Below, in pieces: positions 1-7,953 of a stretch of 64,000 bases of DNA. Position numbers and translations under genes: made by a program. This DNA is from Saprospiraceae bacterium (lineage in GTDB: Bacteria > Bacteroidota > Bacteroidia > Chitinophagales > Saprospiraceae): assembly GCA_045110575.1 (NCBI GenBank), contig JBGCGF010000017.1, positions 9,445-73,444 of the forward strand. Direction: 5' to 3'. The notes beneath the pieces were generated by a model. The model was given only the letters and a program-made list of their open reading frames with translations. It was not told the DNA's origin and ran no database searches. Within the stretch, counting starts at the first letter, position 1. Each line of letters opens with the position of its first letter.

Positions 1-1412
1 CTGAAAATCCAGACTATATAACCTTAGACATTTCAGGTGTTGCTGCTGGCGAATCTGCAATTGTTATTGCCTTCCGCTACTTTTCAGAAGAAGTAATTTT
101 TGGTTCTGAAGCAGGCTGTGGCTATGCGTGGATGGTAGATGATGTAGTCATCGCAAATGCGATTACACCTCCTGCGCAGAATGATCTTGCGATTGTATCG
201 GGATCACATGCTGGTGCGGCAAATCGGGTGACTCCTCAATACCAAACAGAAGCATTGAACCTCGGAGCTAAAGTGGTTAACAATGGCGTGAATTCAGCTT
301 CAGGTAAGCTGTACGTGCGCATTTATGACGATTCAGGAATGTCTCCAGTCTTGGTGCATACAGATTCTGTTGATGTTCCAATGCTTGCTCAAGACGAGGA
401 ATCAAGCTTCCTGCTAATGCCAGGCAGCTTTAGCCCTCCAAGTCTTCAAAATACGTTCGTAGGTCGTTACGAGCTCGTCCTAGACGGAGCCGTAGACGAA
501 GCATCTGCAGATAACATGGCCCGTTTTGACTTCTCAATTTCTGAGTCAGCTTTCGCCAAAACCACCGGTCCAGATATCTATGCAAGACCGCAAGCATCTG
601 AATCTTGGGGCTTTGGAAGCATCTACCCCTTGAAGGGAACAGATAATGAGCTCTCACGGGTTCTATTCTGGCTGCGACCAGTGGGTGACTTCTCAACTTC
701 AACAACGGACTCAATTTTTGTTGAGGTCTATGGAATTACTGGAGATGGTAATAGTGATGGGATGTATGCTTCAGGAACGGAAGCGACACTCCTAAATCGT
801 CAAGGTTACTCACTAGAAGGCTTGACAGGACCAGAACGCTTCTTCGTAACGCCTTTGCCTGATACGGGTTTGACTATTTCGCCATTTATCGAGCAGATTG
901 CGGTATTCATTCGCTACGAGGATGGATTAGCTGGAGATAGTAGATGGATAGAAATTGGTGGTGGTCGCGATGATGCGAACACAAATTATGATGCCGAGCA
1001 AACCGCTGCAATCGCTAACGGGGTCAACCGATCTTACGCAATCAGAAGCGTTGGAGACGGTGAGCTATTAGCGAGTTTATTCCCTGGCTTCATTCCTGAT
1101 GTCCGTGCCTATGTAAACGAAAACCAGACGGTAAGTACGACTTCACCAGCAGAATTATCGGAGGCTCTTCATGTTTGGCCAAACCCTGCTACTTCGGTAC
1201 TTAACTGGTCATTGCCCCAGGCGCAAAATGGTAATAAAACAGCATCTGTGACTGTCATTGATGGCCTTGGAAGAGCTGTGAGTTCCTGGTCATCCAATCA
1301 GCAAGAAGACCTTTCGAAGATTGATGTCGCTGAACTTCCTGCTGGTTTGTATCAACTTTTGGTAAAAAAAGAAGATGGTTCACAAGCAATTAGCAGCTTT
1401 ATGAAGTTGTAG
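1..1412 (+). CDS. Secreted protein, 5'-truncated by the window edge; related to the four paralogs downstream; T9SS type-A C-terminal sorting domain
   Basis: The frame is open from nt 3 (ENPDYITLDISGVAAGESAIVIAFRYFSE..GYAWMVDDVVI) into the listed ORF, so the ATG at 132 is internal. The motif ..YAWMVDDVVI parallels GDFYGWVIDDILL in the paralogs. The C-terminus WPNPATSVLNW...GLYQLLVKKEDGSQAISSFMKL fits the Por/T9SS CTD pattern. Confidence 0.75.
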   Translation, partial: ENPDYITLDISGVAAGESAIVIAFRYFSEEVIFGSEAGCGYAWMVDDVVIANAITPPAQNDLAIVSGSHAGAANRVTPQYQTEALNLGAKVVNNGVNSASGKLYVRIYDDSGMSPVLVHTDSVDVPMLAQDEESSFLLMPGSFSPPSLQNTFVGRYELVLDGAVDEASADNMARFDFSISESAFAKTTGPDIYARPQASESWGFGSIYPLKGTDNELSRVLFWLRPVGDFSTSTTDSIFVEVYGITGDGNSDGMYASGTEATLLNRQGYSLEGLTGPERFFVTPLPDTGLTISPFIEQIAVFIRYEDGLAGDSRWIEIGGGRDDANTNYDAEQTAAIANGVNRSYAIRSVGDGELLASLFPGFIPDVRAYVNENQTVSTTSPAELSEALHVWPNPATSVLNWSLPQAQNGNKTASVTVIDGLGRAVSSWSSNQQEDLSKIDVAELPAGLYQLLVKKEDGSQAISSFMKL

Positions 1413-1560
1413 TGGCCTTCGGGGGTCAGTTTTGGGCTTAAATTGTGTCAAAAGAGGTTCGATATGTTGAATTGGCTAATTCAATACAAAACATCAACAT
1501 AGTGGTGTGATATCGTGATATAGATGGTTATATTTACCCATTCACACAACAACCTCATTC

Positions 1561-3567
1561 ATGTACACAATTACAAGACCCTTTCTAGGAGCGCTTGCCC
1601 TGCTTACATTCGGATTAGCCTCATCGGCATCTGCACAAAGCAACATTGCTCCTGAAAAATTCGCTCACGAACAAGCTCCTGTTGGCGAGAACATTGCCAC
1701 ACGTACTGCTCCAGTAGTAGGTCAGTCTCTAATGATGGCTGATACTTTCTACTACGAAAGTTTTGGAGACGGTGTTGCGGATTGGACATTCGTAAACGTT
1801 GATCCAGATTCAGTTTCAGTTTGGCGATACGAAACTGACGTAGTACTTGCCAATTCAGGTGATGCACGTTGGTCTGACTTTGCAGCACCTTCTGCTGACG
1901 ATGGTTTCCTTCGTTTGGACTATCGCGCTTGGCTAATTGAGAATAACATTCCAATTGCTCAGCCTTACCCAACAATTATTGGTGATGCAATTAGCCCAAT
2001 GCAAGACTGGTCAAGCTTTGACCCAGCATTGAAGTATGCATTGAACTTCTTCAGCTACCAGCCGACACTTAACGTAACGAACTCAACTGTTCTTATTCGT
2101 CGTCCAGGCGTAGCTGATGTTGAGATCTGGAGATCACTTCAAGATGTTTTCCGTCCAAATGTTGCAGTTCAAACTCCTGTTTTCGTTAGACTTCCTGAGG
2201 ACATTATCGGAAGCGATAGTATCCAGATTGTCCTCCACCACGAAGGTGACTTCTACGGCTGGGTAATTGATGATATCCTTTTGACAGCTCTTCCTGAGAT
2301 CGAGCCTCAAACAAATGACTTCATCGCAATCGCACCAAACGATTTGACTCCTTCAAGCCAAGCTGATGGATACGAGCTTGCATTCGTTGCAGACGTTCAA
2401 AACAATGGTAGCGTAACAATTGACATGGACCTTGCTGTTACAATCTTTGATGCAGCAGGAGCAATGATCTTCACGGATACTACTCGCTACGGAGCTGTTG
2501 AGACTGACTCACTTCGTGAGAACCAGGTATTTGACAACACGTTCCCAATGCCAACAGCTGACGGAACATACACAGGTGTGTACGAAATTTTCACAGAGAG
2601 AATTGACGAAGATGTAATCTTAGCAAACAACACTCAAACATTTGAATTTACTGTAGGTGGTAACGTATTCTCTAAAGGTAACTTCGCCAGCGGTGTTCGC
2701 CCAGCAGGAGGAGACGTTGAGTATGCGTTTACAAACCTATACTACACGCCAAACCTTGTGGCAGATAGTACTTTCCAGATTGACTCTGTAACCTTCGGAA
2801 TGTTCCCACAGGGTTTCACTGGTGATGACGAAGCATTTATCGACTTTAAAACTTACGGTTTCCGTGGTGACCTTAATGGTGACAACATAGCACAGTATGG
2901 TGACATAGATGATGCTGACGCTGAGTTGGTAGAGTTGGCTGCAAGAGAGTTCATCATTGATGCTACTTTCACTGAAATCCCTAACGCTGCAGCAATCACT
3001 TACGCTCCTTCTGAGGACGGTTCTGTCGATTTAGCGCATGATGCTGATTTCGTTGGATTCGGTGTTGCATTGACGTACATTCCTGGTGCTGGTGGTACAA
3101 ACGATGATAACGTTTGCTTCCTAGGTAACACACCTAACACTTACGGTGGCTTCAATCTTGCAGCAGCAGGAGCTGGAATCGTTGATAGCTTAACATCTAT
3201 CCTAACTACTGACGGAGAAGGTACATACGGCTTCTTTACTGGTTCTTCACCATTCCTTCAAGCTGAAATTTCTTATAGAACTGTAAGTTCGGCTAAGGAG
3301 ACTGTACTTGCTGAATCAGCATTTGGTGTACGTCCAAACCCAGCAACGACTCAATTTACTATCGATTTCGATTTCGGTGTAACTGTTGACGCTCAGTTTG
3401 AGATCATCAATGCTGTTGGACAGACTGTATCTGCATTCAACCGCGACGGTCTTTCTACAGGTGTAATCACTATCCCTACTCAGGGAATGAACAACGGTCT
3501 TTACTACGTTAAGGTCCGCACCAACGACGGTCAAAAAGCTAGCCGTAAGCTTTTGCTTGCACGCTAA
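1561..3567 (+). CDS. Secreted T9SS cargo protein, paralog 1 (668 aa): signal peptide, choice-of-anchor-J/MAM-like N-domain, CARDB-like domain, type-A CTD
   Basis: ATG ORF. N-terminal signal peptide (LALLTFGLASSASAQ). Body block FYYESFGDG..DW...GDFYGWVIDDILL. C-terminus RPNPATTQF...GLYYVKVRTNDGQKASRKLLLAR is a T9SS sorting-domain pattern. Domain names are pattern-based inference. Confidence 0.88.
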   Translation: MYTITRPFLGALALLTFGLASSASAQSNIAPEKFAHEQAPVGENIATRTAPVVGQSLMMADTFYYESFGDGVADWTFVNVDPDSVSVWRYETDVVLANSGDARWSDFAAPSADDGFLRLDYRAWLIENNIPIAQPYPTIIGDAISPMQDWSSFDPALKYALNFFSYQPTLNVTNSTVLIRRPGVADVEIWRSLQDVFRPNVAVQTPVFVRLPEDIIGSDSIQIVLHHEGDFYGWVIDDILLTALPEIEPQTNDFIAIAPNDLTPSSQADGYELAFVADVQNNGSVTIDMDLAVTIFDAAGAMIFTDTTRYGAVETDSLRENQVFDNTFPMPTADGTYTGVYEIFTERIDEDVILANNTQTFEFTVGGNVFSKGNFASGVRPAGGDVEYAFTNLYYTPNLVADSTFQIDSVTFGMFPQGFTGDDEAFIDFKTYGFRGDLNGDNIAQYGDIDDADAELVELAAREFIIDATFTEIPNAAAITYAPSEDGSVDLAHDADFVGFGVALTYIPGAGGTNDDNVCFLGNTPNTYGGFNLAAAGAGIVDSLTSILTTDGEGTYGFFTGSSPFLQAEISYRTVSSAKETVLAESAFGVRPNPATTQFTIDFDFGVTVDAQFEIINAVGQTVSAFNRDGLSTGVITIPTQGMNNGLYYVKVRTNDGQKASRKLLLAR

Positions 3568-3612
3568 ACCTAGTTTGATTATTTGCTAGACTTTAAGTCT
3601 AGTAAAGCATTC

Positions 3613-3651
3613 GCCCCTGTTGATCTTCGGATCGGCAGGGGCGTTTTTTTT
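3613..3651 (+). terminator. Rho-independent terminator after paralog 1
   Basis: GCCCCTGTTGATC-TTCG-GATCGGCAGGGGC gives a 13-bp stem (two G-U pairs) closed on a cUUCGg tetraloop, followed by G and a T8 tract. Confidence 0.85.
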
Positions 3652-3691
3652 ATGAACCTTAAATGCATGATAGAAATTCTTATATTAGAGT

Positions 3692-5698
3692 ATGCATAAT
3701 TATATACTTGTACTCTTATCCGGATTTCTCCTTGCATTCAGTTTGACTGCAGATCTTCACGCACAGCATTTAGATCATCCCGATCACGAGAGCCATCAAC
3801 TCCCAAAAGCAGAACTCTACAATGCGCCCGTTGCATCTCCTTTATCGATCATGCTGGGCGATACTCTATTCTATGAAGACTTCGATGGAGGAGCTGTTAA
3901 TTGGACGTTTGAGAACATTGATCCAGATAGCACTCAGGTTTGGGAGTGGACAAACGACGACAGTTTAAGCAGAGCTTCAGGCGACACGCGTTGGTCAAAT
4001 TTTGAAGCACCTACTGTCGATAACGGTTTCTTGTGGTTTGATTACCGTCAATACCTTATCGAAAACGGTATTCCAATTGCTCAACCATACCCGGCCCTTA
4101 TCGGTGACGCGATTAGTCCATTTTTGGACTGGTCGTCGTTCGATCCAGCATTATTATATAGCGTGAGTTTTTTCAATTATCAACCGACACTTAATATAAC
4201 GAACTCAACAATTCTGATCCGTCGCCCAGGCGTAGCAGATGTTGAAATCTGGAGATCACTTCAGGACGTTTTCCGTCCAGACGTAGCTGTTCAAACTCCT
4301 GTTTTCGTTAGACTTCCAAATAACATTGTTGGAGCCGACAGTATCCAGATTGTACTGCACCATGAAGGTGATTTTTACGGATGGGCGATTGATGACATTA
4401 TCATTGGTACGGATGTACCTTCTTCTTCTGAAATTGATGTAGGACTGCCTAATTTCATTGCAGCTGCACCTAACGATTTGACTCCATCAAGTCAAGCAGA
4501 TGGATATGAGCTTGCATTCGTTGCAGACGTCCAAAACAATGGTACCGTAACTGTAGACTTGGACCTAGCTATTACAATCTATGACCAAGGAGGAGTCACG
4601 ATTTTCACGGATACTACTCGCTACGCGGCTGTTGCACCTGGCTCACTTCGTGAGAATCAAGTTTTTGACAACACGTTCCCAATGCCAACAGCTGATGGAA
4701 CTTACACTGGTGTTTATGAAATCTTCACAGATCGAATAGATGAGGATATAAACTTGTTTGACAACACGATAACATTCGCATTTACTGTAGGTGGTGATGT
4801 ATTCTCTAAAGGTGACTTCGCTAGCGGTGTTCGCCCAGCAGGAGGAGACGTTGAATATGCGTTCACAAACCTATACTACACGCCAAACCTTGGTGGAGCC
4901 AATCCATTAATGATTGATTCTGTAACCTTCGGAATGTTCCCTCAGAATTTCACAGGTACTGACGAAGCATCCATAGACTTAAAGACTTATGGTTTCCGTG
5001 GGGACCTTAACGGTGACAACATCGCACAGTATGGTGATATCGATGATGCTGACGTTGAGTTGGTAGAGTTAGCTACAAGAGAGTTCATCATTGATGCTTC
5101 TTTCTCTGAAATCCCTAATGGAGCTGCTATCACTTACGCGCCTTCTGAGAACGGTGCAGTTGAATTAGCACATGACGCTGACTTCGTTGGATTCGGTGTT
5201 ACGATGACATACATTCCTGGTGCAGGTGGAACAAACGATGATAACATTTGCTTCCTAGGCAATACGCCTATCACTTACGGAGGATTCAACCTTGCAGCTG
5301 CAGCAACTGGTATCGTTGACAGCTTGTCATCTATCCTAACTCTGAACGGAGAAGGCGCATACGGCTTCTTTGCCGGTTCTTCACCGTTCATTCAAGCACA
5401 GATTTCGATGGGTGTAAGTGCTGCTAAAGAGACTGTACTTACTGAATCTGCATTTGGTGTACGTCCAAACCCAGCAACTACTCAATTCGAGATCAACTTC
5501 AACTTCGGTGCTACTGTAGACGCACAGTTTGAGATCATCAATGCGGTAGGACAGACAATCTCTGCCTTCAACCGCGACGGTCTTACTGCAGGCGCTATCA
5601 CCATCCCTACGCAAGGAATGAACAACGGTCTTTACTATGTGAAGGTCCGCACCAACGACGGTCAGATGGCTAGCCGCAAGCTTTTGCTTGCACGCTAA
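3692..5698 (+). CDS. Secreted T9SS cargo protein, paralog 2 (668 aa)
   Basis: Same architecture as paralog 1 and roughly 80% identical in the body by eye. Unique N-terminus with a His-rich stretch (HAQHLDHPDHESHQ) after the signal peptide. Type-A CTD at the C-terminus. Confidence 0.88.
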   Translation: MHNYILVLLSGFLLAFSLTADLHAQHLDHPDHESHQLPKAELYNAPVASPLSIMLGDTLFYEDFDGGAVNWTFENIDPDSTQVWEWTNDDSLSRASGDTRWSNFEAPTVDNGFLWFDYRQYLIENGIPIAQPYPALIGDAISPFLDWSSFDPALLYSVSFFNYQPTLNITNSTILIRRPGVADVEIWRSLQDVFRPDVAVQTPVFVRLPNNIVGADSIQIVLHHEGDFYGWAIDDIIIGTDVPSSSEIDVGLPNFIAAAPNDLTPSSQADGYELAFVADVQNNGTVTVDLDLAITIYDQGGVTIFTDTTRYAAVAPGSLRENQVFDNTFPMPTADGTYTGVYEIFTDRIDEDINLFDNTITFAFTVGGDVFSKGDFASGVRPAGGDVEYAFTNLYYTPNLGGANPLMIDSVTFGMFPQNFTGTDEASIDLKTYGFRGDLNGDNIAQYGDIDDADVELVELATREFIIDASFSEIPNGAAITYAPSENGAVELAHDADFVGFGVTMTYIPGAGGTNDDNICFLGNTPITYGGFNLAAAATGIVDSLSSILTLNGEGAYGFFAGSSPFIQAQISMGVSAAKETVLTESAFGVRPNPATTQFEINFNFGATVDAQFEIINAVGQTISAFNRDGLTAGAITIPTQGMNNGLYYVKVRTNDGQMASRKLLLAR

Positions 5699-5743
5699 AC
5701 CTAGTTTGATTGTTTGCTAGACTTCAAGTCTTGAAAAGCATTC

Positions 5744-5780
5744 GCCCCTGTTGATCTTCGGATCGGCAGGGGCGTTTTTT
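5744..5780 (+). terminator. Rho-independent terminator after paralog 2
   Basis: Same GCCCCTGTTGATCTTCGGATCGGCAGGGGC hairpin followed by a T6 tract. Confidence 0.85.
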
Positions 5781-5832
5781 ATGGGATGCGGAACGGTATA
5801 AAACTCAGTACAAATATTCAGTATATTTAGAC

Positions 5833-7827
5833 ATGCAGATATCTATATGTAGCCTGTTTTTCACCTTTTTCATGTTGTTGCTTGTATCGACTTCATCTTC
5901 TACAGCACAGTTGCTAGAGGCGCCCTATGAAACATTGGGGGATACTCCTATACAAAGTTCAATTCTTGCGCCTCACTCTACTGCGCTGATGGCAGATACT
6001 TTCTATTATGAAGATTTCGCAAATGGTGCGACAGACTGGACTTTCGTTAACATCGATCCAGATACTTTTCAGGTTTGGGAATGGACAACCGATGATAGCC
6101 TCAGCAGAGCTACAGGTGATTTGCGATGGTCTAACTTCGATTCACCTACAGCATCAAACGGTTTCATGTGGTTTGATTATCGTAAATATCTGTACAGGGA
6201 TGGTATTTTTATTAGCATTCAACCTTATCCAACATTAATAGGCGATATGGTCAGCCCTTTCCTCGATTGGTCTTCATTTGACCGTTCTCTCAGATATACA
6301 TTGAATTTCTTCAGCTACCAACCAACACTTAACGTGCACGCTTCAACTGTATCTATCAGACGTCCAGGTGAAGAGGATGTTATCGTTTGGAATGCTTTTC
6401 AGGATGTTGCGCGGCCAAACAATGCGCCTCAATCAAATGTGTCCGTTAGTATTCCTCAGAATATTTTTGGAAACGATAGTACCCAGATTGTCATTCATCA
6501 CGAAGGTGACTTCTACGGCTGGGCTATAGATGATATTCTATTGTCATTGCTTCCTGAGATTGAAATTCAGACGAATGAATTCTTTGCGATTGCACCTAAT
6601 GATGTAACGCCCACAAGTCAAGCTGAAGGTCACTCCCTAGCTTTCGTTGCCGATGTCCAGAACAACGGTAGTGAAACTGTCGACATGCAGTTAGCAGTTA
6701 CAGTTTTTGATGATGCAGGAGCTATGATTTTCACGGATACCACGCTCTACACAGCTGTTGAAACAGACTCCCTTCGTGAAAATCAGACGTTTGATAATAC
6801 TTTTCCAATGCCAACAGATGAGGGAACCTACTCCGGCGTCTATGAGATTTTTACTGAGCGAATCGCTGAAGATGTAATCTTGGTTAACAACACACAAACA
6901 TTCGAATTCACAGTAGGAGGAGACGTGTTTTCGAAGGGTAATTTTACTAGCGGTGTCCGTCCTGAAGGCGGGGATGTTGAATATGGTTTCACTAACATTT
7001 ACTACACTCCAACACTTGCACTTGACAGTACTTTCCTAATTGAATCAGTTACTTTTGGAATGTTCCCTCAGAACTTCACAGATAGTGATGAGGCATTTGT
7101 AGAATTGATAACGTACGGCTTTCGTGGTGATCTTAACGGAGACAATATTGCACAATACGGAGAGGTAGATGATACTGACGCAGAGTTGATTGAACTATCG
7201 GCTAGGGAATTCCTCATCGATACAAATTTTGTAGAAATCCCATACGCTGCTGCAATTACGTACCCACCTTCTGAAAATGGTCCTATTGCTCTTGCCGCTG
7301 ATGCTGGCTACATTGGATTCGGCGTAATGGTTAATTACATCCCTGGTTCTGGCGGCACAAACGATGACAACCTTTGTTTCTTAGGCAACACTCCAAACGA
7401 ATATGGAGGCTATAACTTAGCTGCATCTGCTGCTGGTGTTAGAGATAGCATAACTTCTATTTTAACTACTGACCAAGAAGGTGCTTACGGCTTTTTTGAA
7501 GGTTCTTCACCGTTCATTCAAGCAAAAGTGTCCTTCGGCATCGTTGATGCTGCAATCGAGAAGCTCTTAACTGAAGCGGCCTTCAGCATTCATCCAAACC
7601 CCGCAACTACTCAGTTCACCATCAACTTCAATTTCGGTGCTATTGTAAACACACAGTTTGAGATCATCAATGCGGTAGGACAGACAGTCTCTGCGTTCAA
7701 GCGCGACGGTCTTACTTCAGGTGCTATCACTATCCCTACGCAAGGAATGAACAACGGTCTTTACTATGTGAAGGTCCGCACCAACAACGGTCAGACGGCT
7801 AGTCGTAAGCTTTTGCTTTCACGTTAA
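5833..7827 (+). CDS. Secreted T9SS cargo protein, paralog 3 (664 aa)
   Basis: Same architecture with its own signal peptide (LLLVSTSSSTAQ). C-terminus HPNPATTQFTINFNF...GLYYVKVRTNNGQTASRKLLLSR. Confidence 0.88.
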   Translation: MQISICSLFFTFFMLLLVSTSSSTAQLLEAPYETLGDTPIQSSILAPHSTALMADTFYYEDFANGATDWTFVNIDPDTFQVWEWTTDDSLSRATGDLRWSNFDSPTASNGFMWFDYRKYLYRDGIFISIQPYPTLIGDMVSPFLDWSSFDRSLRYTLNFFSYQPTLNVHASTVSIRRPGEEDVIVWNAFQDVARPNNAPQSNVSVSIPQNIFGNDSTQIVIHHEGDFYGWAIDDILLSLLPEIEIQTNEFFAIAPNDVTPTSQAEGHSLAFVADVQNNGSETVDMQLAVTVFDDAGAMIFTDTTLYTAVETDSLRENQTFDNTFPMPTDEGTYSGVYEIFTERIAEDVILVNNTQTFEFTVGGDVFSKGNFTSGVRPEGGDVEYGFTNIYYTPTLALDSTFLIESVTFGMFPQNFTDSDEAFVELITYGFRGDLNGDNIAQYGEVDDTDAELIELSAREFLIDTNFVEIPYAAAITYPPSENGPIALAADAGYIGFGVMVNYIPGSGGTNDDNLCFLGNTPNEYGGYNLAASAAGVRDSITSILTTDQEGAYGFFEGSSPFIQAKVSFGIVDAAIEKLLTEAAFSIHPNPATTQFTINFNFGAIVNTQFEIINAVGQTVSAFKRDGLTSGAITIPTQGMNNGLYYVKVRTNNGQTASRKLLLSR

Positions 7828-7872
7828 ACCTAGTTTGATTATTTGCTAGACTTGAAGTCTAGTAAAGCATTC

Positions 7873-7909
7873 GCCCCTGTTGATCTTCGGATCGGCAGGG
7901 GCGTTTTTT
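7873..7909 (+). terminator. Rho-independent terminator after paralog 3
   Basis: Identical hairpin sequence followed by a T6 tract. Confidence 0.85.
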
Positions 7910-7953
7910 ATGGGATATAGATGATCTAAAGAAAATTATTTTTAAATTCAACT

